This document shows, in pieces, positions 19,340 through 29,748 of a stretch of 64,000 bases of DNA. The DNA comes from Polyangiaceae bacterium (GTDB lineage Bacteria; Myxococcota_A; Polyangia; Polyangiales; Polyangiaceae): assembly GCA_965222375.1 (NCBI GenBank), contig CBDCTZ010000016.1:3264001-3328000 (forward strand), read 5' to 3'. The notes beneath the pieces were generated by a model. That model was not told where the DNA came from, did no database searches, and worked only from the letters and a program-made list of their open reading frames with translations. The position numbers were made by a program, and so were the translations under genes. Every line of letters begins with the position of its first letter. The stretch's first letter is position 1.

Positions 19340-20602
19340 CTAGAGCTCGTTGATGGTGCAGACCGCGGGCTTGTGGTCGAAGTACGTCCAGTTCAGGACG
19401 TTTGGATGACCGGGGGTGATGCCTGCGTGCCAGCAGTTGCCAGCAAACTTGTCGGCCATCACGTGGTCGATGTTCAGGATGTTGTAGGTCGGTGGCGCGC
19501 TTGGGCCCACGGCAGTGATGAACTTGAACTTCTTGCCCGGCCCGACGAAGTCGTTCCAGCGCTGAGCGCTCAAGTCCAGCAGCGTGGCACGGCCGGGATC
19601 CGTGTTCAGATCCCCCATGACGACGTTGCGCAACCCGCTGGCAGCGGGTTTGCCGTCCATGTTAAGGAACACGTGCTCAACCTGCTTGACCCTGCACAGT
19701 TGATCCGCCGGCAAGAAACCGGATGTCCCGTGCACGTTGACCACGGTGAGGGTGCCCCCTCCCATCAATTGAATCGTGCCCCGGCCGACCCGTGAACCAC
19801 CCCCGCAATTCGGGATTTTGGCGCCATCGAGGCCGTTCAGGCACAGATCGCTGTTGCAGCCAGCGAAAGTGCCGACGCTCTTCTTCACCGCGGCGCACTT
19901 GTCGGGTTTGTCCAGATGGCAGGCAACTTGATAATCGGAACCCAGAATGACGTTGACCACACTGGGGTCGCCGGCTTTCCAAGTCTCACACACGAACCCC
20001 TTGTGATGCTGCGGGGCAATGTTCGCGCACTCAGGACTGTGAAAGAGCTCCTGAAACACCACGATGTCGGGCTTGAGCGCGGCAAACCACTTCTTGGTGC
20101 CGTCGACGGCAGTCTGCCAGGCAAGTCCGTTTCCGTAGTGCTTGTCGGAGAGCTTTGCCTCGTTGTCGGTGTAGCCGTCGCTCTTGTCGGCGTCGTGGTT
20201 CAGATCTTTCGACGTGCCCGTATTGACCGTGACGACAACCAGGGGGCCGAGCTTGCCGCTGCCGCCGCTTCCTGCGCTGCCTCCGCTTCCCGCGGTGCCG
20301 GATGATCCTCCGGCTCCTGCGCCGCCCCCGGCTCCTGCGCTTCCCGCGCTCCCGCCCGCGCCGGCACTTGTGGCGCTGCCAGCCGTGCCGGCACTTCCAC
20401 CGCCCGCCGCTGCTCCGGCCGCTCCGCCCGCAGTAACTCCCCCAGTCGACGCACCGCCGCTCGCGCTCCCTGCCTGGCCCCCGCTGCTCGCGCCACCAGA
20501 GGACGAGCCCCCGCTGCCAGAGTTCGAATCGGATGCGCCGCAGCCCAGGGCCAAAAGGGATGCGAACAACACCAGTCCAACTGCCAGCGAGTCACGTGCC
20601 AT
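19340..20602 (-). CDS. Endonuclease/exonuclease/phosphatase (EEP) family lipoprotein with Gly/Ser/Ala tether
   Basis: Lipobox LALGC, plus TVN, DIVVFQE, VH, MGDLN, IDHV and FDHKP motifs. Confidence 0.82.
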   Translation of the reverse strand: MARDSLAVGLVLFASLLALGCGASDSNSGSGGSSSGGASSGGQAGSASGGASTGGVTAGGAAGAAAGGGSAGTAGSATSAGAGGSAGSAGAGGGAGAGGSSGTAGSGGSAGSGGSGKLGPLVVVTVNTGTSKDLNHDADKSDGYTDNEAKLSDKHYGNGLAWQTAVDGTKKWFAALKPDIVVFQELFHSPECANIAPQHHKGFVCETWKAGDPSVVNVILGSDYQVACHLDKPDKCAAVKKSVGTFAGCNSDLCLNGLDGAKIPNCGGGSRVGRGTIQLMGGGTLTVVNVHGTSGFLPADQLCRVKQVEHVFLNMDGKPAASGLRNVVMGDLNTDPGRATLLDLSAQRWNDFVGPGKKFKFITAVGPSAPPTYNILNIDHVMADKFAGNCWHAGITPGHPNVLNWTYFDHKPAVCTINEL

Positions 20603-20642
20603 TGCCCGGTCCTAGCATCGGCATGCTCGTCGGTCGATCCGT

Positions 20643-22109
20643 TCAGAACAGGAAGTCATTCACGCGTAAGTTCAACTCGACCCCGGCAATCGCTCCGGCG
20701 CCCAGCCGTGGCAGTGCGCCGTATCCGATGAACGCACGTGTCCATGGGATTACTGATGGCACGTAACCTATGGCGCCGTAGCCGCCGTTGGCTCCATCGG
20801 CCGCCAGTCCCGTGCCCTCCAACAGCAGCCCGCCGTACCAGCGCCAAACCAACTCCACGCGACCCGTGAATCGGGCGTAGATGAATTCGGGTGAGTCCCC
20901 GTTTGCACGCCTGAGCCCGCCGCCCCACAGGAACACGGCGCGGCCGGCCTCGAGAGGATAGGACGTGTCAACTGAGCCCTTCGCAAGGCCGATGAGCGCA
21001 GCTGGGTCCAAGGCGCCGCGGCTGTACAGGTAGCCCGCACCGACCACCGGGAACAGCTCCCGAAACGGACCATAGATGTCTTCCCCCGCTTCGATTTCGG
21101 GCTCGACTCGGCGGCGGCGTGAGGGGGCCGGCGGGCCTGTTGGCTCGAAGCGCGTCAGGAACCGTGACAGCACCGCGGCAAGCCGACGAGGTGCTTCCAC
21201 GTGTGGCAGGTGCCCAACGCCGTCGAGTTCATTGAATTCGCGAGTCTTGGCGGAACCGAAGTCCGAGAGCGGTGGCGCCTCCCAGGAATCGTCCGACCCG
21301 TAGACGAACAGCGTGTGCGCTTGGACCTTCGTCCGCTCTGGGATCATCTTGTCCATTTCGTCCGAATGCAGGATGAAGCGGGTATAACCTTCGAATGCGG
21401 CGGCGCGCGCGCTGTCTTCCCATTGTCGAGCTACGAGTGAGAGGGAAACCGCATCTCCCGCATCTCCCGGTGGAAGCATGGAACGGTAGGCAGCCCCCAT
21501 CGTGGTGTAGGGCCCAAGCAGCCGAATCCCCGGCATCACGCTACGCCAGTGCTCGAGCAGAAAGCGCTGTTTCTCGCCGAGGGAGAACCGATCGTTGGGC
21601 GCACTGATAACCACTAGCCCGGCGATGCGTTCGGGGTAGCGCGCCGCCAGCCGCAGCGCCAAGGTGCCCCCTAGCGAGTGACCGACGAGGATTGCGCGCC
21701 CACCCGGTGCCTCTGTTTCGATGATGGACGCAATGCTGCCGAGTACGTGCCCTAGCGTAATCGCCTCGGCGCCGGATGCTGTCGGGCTCTCTCCGCTGCC
21801 AGGCAGGTCCACTATCACGCGCCGAAAGCAAGGAGCCGCGCTCTCCGCCAGCGGTACCAGGGAGTAGCCGACGTCGCCCAGCCCGTGCAGGAAGACGATC
21901 GGCTCGGAGCGGGGGCGCCGGCAAGAGCGCTCTGGTTCGATCACCCGGTAGTGGGCGGGCAGGGCATTGCCTGAGCTGTACACAGGTCGGTCGAAATGAG
22001 CAGGCGCATGAACCGTGGGTGGTACGCGCGGCTCGGGTAACTCCTCGAGCAGGGTGCAGGCTGTCCCCATCGCGCAAAGGGTGATCATCAACGGGGAGCG
22101 GCACAGCAC
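20643..22109 (-). CDS. Alpha/beta hydrolase (probable lipoprotein) with C-terminal beta-rich extension
   Basis: FLHGLG, DLPGSGES, GHSLGG, GSDD and GVGHLPH. Start uncertain (22088-22166). Confidence 0.8.
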   Translation of the reverse strand: MLCRSPLMITLCAMGTACTLLEELPEPRVPPTVHAPAHFDRPVYSSGNALPAHYRVIEPERSCRRPRSEPIVFLHGLGDVGYSLVPLAESAAPCFRRVIVDLPGSGESPTASGAEAITLGHVLGSIASIIETEAPGGRAILVGHSLGGTLALRLAARYPERIAGLVVISAPNDRFSLGEKQRFLLEHWRSVMPGIRLLGPYTTMGAAYRSMLPPGDAGDAVSLSLVARQWEDSARAAAFEGYTRFILHSDEMDKMIPERTKVQAHTLFVYGSDDSWEAPPLSDFGSAKTREFNELDGVGHLPHVEAPRRLAAVLSRFLTRFEPTGPPAPSRRRRVEPEIEAGEDIYGPFRELFPVVGAGYLYSRGALDPAALIGLAKGSVDTSYPLEAGRAVFLWGGGLRRANGDSPEFIYARFTGRVELVWRWYGGLLLEGTGLAADGANGGYGAIGYVPSVIPWTRAFIGYGALPRLGAGAIAGVELNLRVNDFLF

Positions 22110-22155
22110 GATCCCGGCATATTGGATTGCGTCGCGGACTTTCGCAATCGCGCCC

Positions 22156-23283
22156 TCAGCGCACACAACGAACGCGGTACTGCGTGATCGCGTGACCGCG
22201 AAAAACCCGGCCGTTACTGAAGTTCAGGAAGTAGGCAGTGGCCGGGTGCGAGACATCGTCGGGATAGGCCGTTGCGCTCCAGTGGCGCGCAGACTGCGCG
22301 TTCGGAAAGAGGTTGGTATCGATGACAGGCGAGGTTGTTTTGCGATCGACCAGCGTCGCCAGTTCTTTCACGTTCGGGAGCCGCCAGTCCTTTGCGCCCG
22401 CGAAGTCGAGTTGTTCGCAGACGTCCAGCGCTTCTGCCCACGGGTGCACTCCCTCATCGGCCTGCTTCCAGCTCAAGTTCGTGCGCGGATCCGACACGGT
22501 ACCGTCGCCGTTGTCCATCATTGTTGTGGGAGCTCCACCCCGGACGCACCGCAGGTGCTGCTTGCTGTTCTTGCCCCGTGGCTCACTCGTGCCGTCGTCG
22601 AAAAATACCACCCAGGCATTGGTCAGGATCTTGAGATCTTCGCCCGCACTCCATGTGTTGCCGGAATGATCCATGACCTCTGCGGGTAGTAATGCGCTGG
22701 CCTGCCCGAAGTCGGCCAAGGAAAGCAACTCAGCTTGAGATGGCACGCGCCAGCCTCCACCGCCCAGCTTCAGGTCTTGGCATGCGCTCGGCGCGTCAAG
22801 CCACGTGCTTTTCTGGAGAGTGGGCGAGTTGTCCCATTCGAGCCCCGTCATCGGGTCGAAGAGAATTCGACCGTCGCAAGGGTTGGCGTCATAGGCAGGA
22901 GTTGGATGGGCGTACTCCCCGTCCTGCCCGGGCATGCTGCCGACCGTGCCGCAGGGCGCACCGGTCTGGCCGAGGAAGTCCAAGCAGAATTGAGTCTTGG
23001 AATCCGGCCAGCCTCCGCTTGCGGGCGGCGCCTGTTGCAGTCCCGGGCAGGGGTCTTCGCCGCTGACCGGAGCGTCGCTCGAACCGCCGTCTGTAGCGCC
23101 GCCGCCAGTCCCAGCGTTGCCGGCCGTTCCCGCAGAGCCACTTGCGCCGGAGAAACCGGCACCGCCTGCCAGCCCGCCCGCCCCGCCAGTCGGGCGGGAC
23201 TTCGAATGACTCGATTTGGAACTACAGCCGACCAGGGCGAGCAGGGTGGCTGCGGCGAATACGGTCGCTCGGCTCCAGGACAT
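22156..23283 (-). CDS. DUF1566 (Lcl C-terminal-like) tandem-domain lipoprotein
   Basis: Lipobox LVGC and two copies of D..TGL.W...W..A...C..L..GG...WRLP...EL..L...WS...VRCVR. Confidence 0.85.
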   Translation of the reverse strand: MSWSRATVFAAATLLALVGCSSKSSHSKSRPTGGAGGLAGGAGFSGASGSAGTAGNAGTGGGATDGGSSDAPVSGEDPCPGLQQAPPASGGWPDSKTQFCLDFLGQTGAPCGTVGSMPGQDGEYAHPTPAYDANPCDGRILFDPMTGLEWDNSPTLQKSTWLDAPSACQDLKLGGGGWRVPSQAELLSLADFGQASALLPAEVMDHSGNTWSAGEDLKILTNAWVVFFDDGTSEPRGKNSKQHLRCVRGGAPTTMMDNGDGTVSDPRTNLSWKQADEGVHPWAEALDVCEQLDFAGAKDWRLPNVKELATLVDRKTTSPVIDTNLFPNAQSARHWSATAYPDDVSHPATAYFLNFSNGRVFRGHAITQYRVRCVR

Positions 23284-23477
23284 GCGCCTCAGCAATGAAT
23301 AAACCGTGCCACAGTCGAACACCGGTGAATCCGTCGGTCGGGGTCAGCATCATGGAGGGGGCTGAGGCTGGCCCAGACCCACCGGGGCGGGGCGCCATTT
23401 CTGGGGAATGCATCCGTGTCGTCGGGCGTAGTGGCAGCAACTTGTTTCGGCTTGGCCATTGCTGTAAGTCGACCGGG

Positions 23478-23855
23478 ATGCTGCCCGGTAGGGTCCTCGC
23501 TGCGGCCTCGATACTGCTTTGTGTCCTGACTGCGGGCTGCGCCGCTGGCGGCGTTCCGACACCTCGCGCGGCGGAGCACGATCGGCCCGTACCCAGTAGC
23601 GAGCCCCGCGGCGAACTATCCCTGGTCGTGGATTTGGCTCGGGCCAGCGATTGCGAGGAGCGTTTCGATCTCGCCGTATACGCTCACCACGGCATTGACC
23701 TGATTCAGTGGGATTCAGCTACCGGGGCGTGCGGGTCGCGTCGCGTCATCATTCGCTTCCTCCCCAACCGAATCAGCGCCGAGGAAGCCCAGCGTCTGGC
23801 CCAGAAACACAGTCTGGGCGTCAAACAAGCGCCCACTGAGAAAGCCAAACCATGA
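23478..23855 (+). CDS. Small hypothetical lipoprotein, possibly HMA-like ferredoxin fold
   Basis: Lipobox LTAGC, ATGA overlap with the next gene, and a GI.....D.....V.IRF.P..IS.EE pattern. Confidence 0.6.
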   Translation: MLPGRVLAAASILLCVLTAGCAAGGVPTPRAAEHDRPVPSSEPRGELSLVVDLARASDCEERFDLAVYAHHGIDLIQWDSATGACGSRRVIIRFLPNRISAEEAQRLAQKHSLGVKQAPTEKAKP

Positions 23856-25900
23856 AGACCGCTTGGAAGATCCTCCTACTAGCCGTTGGTCTGGCGCCAG
23901 CGGTGGGTGTGACCATCGATGCGCAGGCTGAAAAATCCGTGCGCCAGTTGTCACCTCGCCAGAAGGTGCTTGCGCGCATCCCCCACGACCCCAAAGTTTT
24001 GGTGAACGTCACGCGGCGCGAACTTCCCGCCAGTCCGGATCTATTGCACCTCGGGCGGCGCAGTACCCGAGCCCTCGAGCGTTGCTTGGCGGACAACGTC
24101 GACGTTTACGTGCGAATGCACTGCGCCAAGGTGCTCGCGGCCCTCGGAGATCGCCGAGCGCTGCCCACGCTGCATACGGCACTGGAGGACTGGGAGGCCG
24201 GAGTGCGCCTTCAAGTCGTCTTCGCGTTACGGCAAATGGCCGACCCGAGCTCCTACTCGGCGTTGCTCAAGCTGTTCCAACGCAAAGACGAGAAGCCGCA
24301 CATCCGACACGCGGTGATCGCTGCCATGGGCGCAATTAGCAACCCCAAGGCATTGGCGGTCTTGCGCAAGGAGCTTCGCCGCAAGCCCAAGCCTAACGAC
24401 AGACGTGGCGACTTTCGGGCATCGGCGTTTCGTGCTCTGTGGCGAAGTCGGCACTTGATGGCTCGTACCACCCTCGAAAGCGATGTCGCCCATGCTCTCA
24501 AGTCCGACCACGATGGCGTTGCTCTTGCCGCGACCGAAGCCTCAGCCGAGTTGCGATCGCGACGGTTGGTGCGTCCTCTAACGGCCTTGCTCTCCCATCA
24601 GAACGCGGAGATTCGCAACAAGGCTGCCTATGGGCTGGGGCGGATCGGCGATCGGGGCGCAACCCGCGCGCTGCTTGCGCAGCTTCCGAAGGTGCGCGAA
24701 GCGCGCATGCTCAACAACATCAGCTTTGCTTTGGAGCGCCTCGACCGCAAGGCGTTCTACAAAGCCATCTCGAAGATCATCGGCCACAAGCAGGCCGTGA
24801 TTCGTCTCAACGCCGCATTCGTCGTGGGCGATGTGAAGCGAGCCGAAGGCTTGCCCGTGCTGGAGGCCGCCCTCAAAGACCCCAGCGACTTCGTCCGCAC
24901 CAGCGCCATCGTTGCCGTGGGTAAGGTGGGAGATCCGCGGGGTGTGAAGTTGCTGGAGCCTTTCGTGCGCTCTGCGAATTCGACCATTCGCCAGGAAGCC
25001 ATCTATTCCCTACACCGGCTGACGGGTGGGAAGCGCAAGGAACTGATCTACGATAAGCTGTTCAACAGCCGATTCGCCAAGTCATCCCGCGGCCACGCCA
25101 TGCGAAGGCGCGCCGCCCTGGTCCTGGGCAAGGCAGGTGACCAACGGGTTCGGGACTACCTCCTCGGTTGTTTCGAATCCGACGGCTGCAATTACTGGCA
25201 GGTGAAGCCGTACTTGCTTCAGGACAAGGCCGCTGCCGTCAACGGTCGGTTGCTGTTGTGGTGGGCCAACGGCAGCTACGAAGTTGGTGGCTTGGTTGCT
25301 CAGCGGCGCCCTAGCGGGACGCGTACTCTCGCAGTCAGCGAGCTCGCGTCGTCGGTATGGGGCGGCAACGACAAGTCGACGCGAAAGAGCATCGACCTGG
25401 TAGGTGCCGTCGGCACGACGCGCGAGCGGGCCCGGCTTCGGCCCTTGTTGACCGCCAAGAACACTTGGCATCGCGTACACGCCGGCGCTGCACTGCTACG
25501 CCTGGGCGATACTCGAGTATCGAAGCCGTTGCTGGCAGACTTCGACAACCTCCCGGCGGAATGGCTGCCCTACTACGTGCGTGTGGTGGGTGGTCTCGAG
25601 AACAAAAAGGCCATCGCCACGCTGAAGCCGGAGCTCGACGCACGAGCGCGCTCGGCAGATGTCGATCACGCTGCCGCAGCGCGAGGGATTCTGCTCTCCT
25701 TCGAACCCGAGACGGGTTTCTTTGGGATGCTGTCGAGCTTGGCCTCGAAAAACGCCCGGGAGCGCGAGCTTGCCGAGCGCTACCTCCGCAGGAATGAGGA
25801 TCGCAAGGTGACCTGGGTCATGCGTCGTGCCCTCGCTCGAGAGGGTCGCGCAGATGTGCGCGATCGTTTGCGCAGACTACTCGACGAACGCCGCGAGTAG
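23852..25900 (+). CDS. Secreted HEAT-repeat (PBS lyase-like) protein
   Basis: Signal peptide ending AQA and repeated VR..A..ALG..GD.RA...L...L.D units. Confidence 0.82.
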   Translation: MKTAWKILLLAVGLAPAVGVTIDAQAEKSVRQLSPRQKVLARIPHDPKVLVNVTRRELPASPDLLHLGRRSTRALERCLADNVDVYVRMHCAKVLAALGDRRALPTLHTALEDWEAGVRLQVVFALRQMADPSSYSALLKLFQRKDEKPHIRHAVIAAMGAISNPKALAVLRKELRRKPKPNDRRGDFRASAFRALWRSRHLMARTTLESDVAHALKSDHDGVALAATEASAELRSRRLVRPLTALLSHQNAEIRNKAAYGLGRIGDRGATRALLAQLPKVREARMLNNISFALERLDRKAFYKAISKIIGHKQAVIRLNAAFVVGDVKRAEGLPVLEAALKDPSDFVRTSAIVAVGKVGDPRGVKLLEPFVRSANSTIRQEAIYSLHRLTGGKRKELIYDKLFNSRFAKSSRGHAMRRRAALVLGKAGDQRVRDYLLGCFESDGCNYWQVKPYLLQDKAAAVNGRLLLWWANGSYEVGGLVAQRRPSGTRTLAVSELASSVWGGNDKSTRKSIDLVGAVGTTRERARLRPLLTAKNTWHRVHAGAALLRLGDTRVSKPLLADFDNLPAEWLPYYVRVVGGLENKKAIATLKPELDARARSADVDHAAAARGILLSFEPETGFFGMLSSLASKNARERELAERYLRRNEDRKVTWVMRRALAREGRADVRDRLRRLLDERRE

Positions 25901-25903
25901 TTC

Positions 25904-27604
25904 GTGCCAGCGCGTTGGCTGCCGCTGCTGCTCGCCGCTACGGCGGCCCTGTGCATCGTGCCCGGCGTGCCTGCGACGGTCAGCAAGACCCTAGTGGTTG
26001 CGCTGGGCGTGTGTGTGTTGGGGGCGCTCGGAGTTTCGGACGGCCAGCGGGGTCGCGCCTTTCTGGCGACGCCGCTGGGCCTCTGGGGCATCCTATCGAT
26101 CTGGGTCGGACTCGGGCTCGTCTGGGGTAACCCAGGTGGGCTGCCTCGCGTGTTGCTTCTGGGCCTGGGTTGGTGTTTTGCCGCGACGGTGGCGCAGCGG
26201 CTAGCGGCCGGATCGCGGCGCGCCTTGGTCGAAGAGGTTGGCGCGATCGTTGGCTTGGCCAGTTCGGGCGCCGTGGCTGTGGGACGAGTCCTCGGCACGG
26301 ACCTGGGAGCGTGGGTGTTCGGCAACGAGAACTGGCTGGGAGTGGCGCTCTGTCTATCCCTGGCCACTACCGTCGGGGCCGTACTAAGCAAGTCGGGTCG
26401 ATCGCGTTGGCGGTGGGGCGTGATCGCCTTGGCACAAGCCCTCGCGCTGGGTGTCACGCCCTCTCGGGTGGCCTGGGTCGCTGCGGTCGCCGCCGGAGTG
26501 ACACTGGTCGCTTGGCACAGGTGGTGTCGGGGAAGAGCGCAGGGCAGGGCACTTGCTGCACGACGCCTGGCGACCGGTGTCGTCGGGCTCAGCCTCTCGC
26601 TCACTGCAGTTGGCGTGGGCATGCCTCGAGGTGCGGCGACGGTCGCTGGCAGCAGCACGTCCCGGGCCCTGGAGGGGCGAAGCTGGATCTGGAAAATCAG
26701 TGCGACTGCAGCTTCTCGCGCGCCCGTGCTCGGACGCGGCAGCGGCAGCTTTGGCCACGCCTTTCTCGGTGAGCAAGGCGGCCGCCTCGCGGGGCTATCG
26801 GAGCAAACTGCGTCCCGTCGCTTCGTCAACGCGACGACGGCGCACAACGACTTTCTACATCTTGCCGTTGAGCTTGGTTTCTTGGCTTCCGTGCTGCTAG
26901 CCGGATTTTTGTGGCTACTGCTGCGGCGAGCCTTGGACCGGTCCCCGGCTCAGTCAGCCATGTTAGCCGCGCTTGCGATTTGCATGGTGGGTGAGTCCTG
27001 TCTCACCCAACCCGTGCCAGTGGTGTTTCTTGCTCTTTCCACAGCTGCGCTGTCACCCCGGCCGGCCCGGGTTATGGTCATGGGCAGCTTTGCCACGGGT
27101 GCCCTTGGGGCCGCGCTCCTCGTCCAGGCTTTTCTCTCAGAACGCGCGCTTTCCGAAGCCGACGCACGCGCGGGCTCTGAGCGGTTGGGCTTTGCGATGC
27201 GCGCCGCTAGCGTGGACCCGCGCTCCGGAGCGGCCGCGCTCACGCATGGGCTGGCGCTCTTGGAGCTGGGGCGCGCCAGGGAAGCCCGCCGAGAACTCGA
27301 GCGCTCGAGGGTGCTGCTGGCCAACGTCGGCACCCATGTCGCCCTTGGCAACGCGTACCAAGAGCTGGGCGAGCTGCGAGCCGCGCTTGCCAGCTACCGG
27401 GTCGCATTGAGCTACCATCCAGCCTTACTCAAGGCGCTTGCCAATGAGACCGTGGTTCTGACACGGCTGCAGCGGCTCCCCGAGGCCAGACGCTCGTTGC
27501 GTCGTGCCCAGCAGCTTTGGCCGGGTCACGCAGCGCTTCCTCCCATAGAGGAAGCGCTGCGGCGCGCCGAATTGAACCAAGCGACCGGAGCGTCGGCACC
27601 CTAG
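25904..27604 (+). CDS. O-antigen ligase / O-oligosaccharyltransferase (Wzy_C) family membrane protein with C-terminal TPRs
   Basis: Many TM helices, FGNEN, SRVAW, GR.WIW, P.LG.G.GSF, AHNDFLHLAVELG and a TPR-like tail. Confidence 0.8.
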   Translation: MPARWLPLLLAATAALCIVPGVPATVSKTLVVALGVCVLGALGVSDGQRGRAFLATPLGLWGILSIWVGLGLVWGNPGGLPRVLLLGLGWCFAATVAQRLAAGSRRALVEEVGAIVGLASSGAVAVGRVLGTDLGAWVFGNENWLGVALCLSLATTVGAVLSKSGRSRWRWGVIALAQALALGVTPSRVAWVAAVAAGVTLVAWHRWCRGRAQGRALAARRLATGVVGLSLSLTAVGVGMPRGAATVAGSSTSRALEGRSWIWKISATAASRAPVLGRGSGSFGHAFLGEQGGRLAGLSEQTASRRFVNATTAHNDFLHLAVELGFLASVLLAGFLWLLLRRALDRSPAQSAMLAALAICMVGESCLTQPVPVVFLALSTAALSPRPARVMVMGSFATGALGAALLVQAFLSERALSEADARAGSERLGFAMRAASVDPRSGAAALTHGLALLELGRAREARRELERSRVLLANVGTHVALGNAYQELGELRAALASYRVALSYHPALLKALANETVVLTRLQRLPEARRSLRRAQQLWPGHAALPPIEEALRRAELNQATGASAP

Positions 27605-27747
27605 CTGAGCCGGCCGCGGCCGTTCATTGTCTAACGCCCATCGGGCTCCAGCCGCGTCAATCCGTGCTAGGGCGCGCCCGCCTCAGCGCGCTGGCGCAGG
27701 GATTCAGCGCCTAGCCATATGGCACGGATTTGGCTATCAGCCGCGCC

Positions 27748-29748
27748 ATGTCCTGCCTGAGAACTCTTGGCACAGTCGCGGCCTTGGGCGCCACGCTGTG
27801 TATGGCACCCCACCTCGCCCACGCCACGCCCATGCCGACGCTGCAGCAAGCCGCAAGCGGAACCTGGAGTATTGCGCCCGCTCACCCTGCCCATGGCGTC
27901 CACGCCGCTTTGCAGGCGCCGCTGCCTCCCAGCTTGTCCGCTCCCCCGTTCAAGAGCACCAAGATCCTCGAGACCCGTCTCGACCTCAGCTTGGATCCGA
28001 CGAGCGGTCAGACGGACGGCAAGCTCGTCGTGAAGCTCAAGGCAGAGCAGGGCTCGGTCGGCAGTTTTGGCATGCTCCTGGATCAGGGGCTGAGCGTTAC
28101 GTTGGCGACGGCACCCGGTTCGACGGTGACGCCCACCACGCAGCCCTATCCGCCGCTGAGCTGGGTGACCTTCACCATTTCTCCGCCCCTAGCGCCCGGC
28201 GAAGTGCGAGACGTGACCATCGACTACACCGGCGCGGTGCAATGCAAGCCCAGCGCTGGCAGCAGCATGAGCGACTACTGCTCGAAGGGTCCACCTCTGG
28301 GCGTGATGATGGAAGGGTCAGCGCTTCCGAGCCTGGTGGATCAAGACAGCCTTGGCGGCTACAACGTCTGGTCTGCCAAACGCACCTTGGTTCTGCATAT
28401 GCCGTCCGGGGTCGATGTCGTGGCCGCGGGCCAGAAGACCGAAGACACGGACGACGGCAAGACCCACACAACGCGCTGGGAGGTTCCGGGCTACCACACG
28501 GCCGGACCGTACTTGATCCTCTTCGGCGACTTGGCGTCAACGGCTGTGGCAAACACCAACCCCGCGACTACCGTATTCACTCCAACATCACTGCCCGCCT
28601 GGCAGGGTGAGATGAGCACTTGGATGACCAGCATCCTGCCCTTCTTGGACCAGCAAACGGGCGCCAAGCTGCCCTTCAAGGAGCTGCAGGTCATGAAGTT
28701 GCCTGCGGGTTGGACGCTGCCCGGGACCGCGGGGGACAGCTTCGTTCTGTTGGCAGAAAACTACGGTGATTACGGTGCGGAGTACTTCGAAGAGACCCTC
28801 GCTCACGAGACGTCCCACGAATGGTGGGGGATCTTGGTGGCCCCCACGGACTTGAACAAGACCCGATGGTTGACCGAGGGCTTGGCGACCCTGACCCAGA
28901 TTGACTACTCATCGGCGAAATTCGCTGGCGGGCTCGATCGGGATAGCTACTTGGCCCGTCGCTACAACGAGCACGCCATGATCCTGAGATACATGGCCGA
29001 CCCCAGCTTGCCGCCCCTGGTCGCCCCATCGGCGCAAGTGGTCCCACAAGACCCGATCCAGACGACTATCTGGGCGTACATTCGTTCTTCCGCGACTCTC
29101 GACCATCTCCGCGTGCTGATCGGTGAAGATGCTTTTGCCCAGAGCCTGCGCGACTACGTGACGCAGTGTACCAAGGCGCACTGCGACACGGCTGACTTCC
29201 AGAAGATTCTCGAGGCGAAAGGTGGCAAAGACCTCAGCTCTGTATTCGCTACCTTCGTCTACGACACACCGGCCATTGCGCCGACCCTCAACTTCGCTCA
29301 GGCCAAGAGCGGGGAGGGCGTCAAACTCACCATTGCCAGCGAGGGCGTGAATCAGACCTTGAGCTTGGAGCTGGTCATCACCTACCAGGACGGAAGCAAC
29401 GAGAAACGGTTGGTAGACTTGCCCGGCAGCGGCCAGCTGGAGCTGCAGGTCAAGCAGCCGGTGATCTCAGTTCGACCCAATCCTCGGCACGATGCGGTGG
29501 TTTGGAGTCGGCCCGCTCAGACCGGCGACGTCGATTTCGACCAAGAGGTCGACGGCTTGGACGTGATTCATTGCGCCTTTCGCCAGGGAAAGACATCCGG
29601 GACCGGTGCCCCCGATGGTGAGGGCGCGTGGCGCCTCGACTTGGACTTCGATTCACGCTGCGACCAGAACAACGATGGCACCTTGGAGGGGGCCGATCTG
29701 CAGGTCCAGCTCGACAACTTCGCGACCCTACGTCAGGAGGCGCTATGA
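27748..29748 (+). CDS. Secreted M1-family (gluzincin) metallo-aminopeptidase with C-terminal dockerin-like domain
   Basis: Signal peptide ending AHA, HETSHEWWG..WLTEG and distal Tyr (WAYIRS). The C-terminus has two 12-residue Ca loops, DVDFDQEVDGLD and DQNNDGTLEGAD. Confidence 0.85.
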   Translation: MSCLRTLGTVAALGATLCMAPHLAHATPMPTLQQAASGTWSIAPAHPAHGVHAALQAPLPPSLSAPPFKSTKILETRLDLSLDPTSGQTDGKLVVKLKAEQGSVGSFGMLLDQGLSVTLATAPGSTVTPTTQPYPPLSWVTFTISPPLAPGEVRDVTIDYTGAVQCKPSAGSSMSDYCSKGPPLGVMMEGSALPSLVDQDSLGGYNVWSAKRTLVLHMPSGVDVVAAGQKTEDTDDGKTHTTRWEVPGYHTAGPYLILFGDLASTAVANTNPATTVFTPTSLPAWQGEMSTWMTSILPFLDQQTGAKLPFKELQVMKLPAGWTLPGTAGDSFVLLAENYGDYGAEYFEETLAHETSHEWWGILVAPTDLNKTRWLTEGLATLTQIDYSSAKFAGGLDRDSYLARRYNEHAMILRYMADPSLPPLVAPSAQVVPQDPIQTTIWAYIRSSATLDHLRVLIGEDAFAQSLRDYVTQCTKAHCDTADFQKILEAKGGKDLSSVFATFVYDTPAIAPTLNFAQAKSGEGVKLTIASEGVNQTLSLELVITYQDGSNEKRLVDLPGSGQLELQVKQPVISVRPNPRHDAVVWSRPAQTGDVDFDQEVDGLDVIHCAFRQGKTSGTGAPDGEGAWRLDLDFDSRCDQNNDGTLEGADLQVQLDNFATLRQEAL

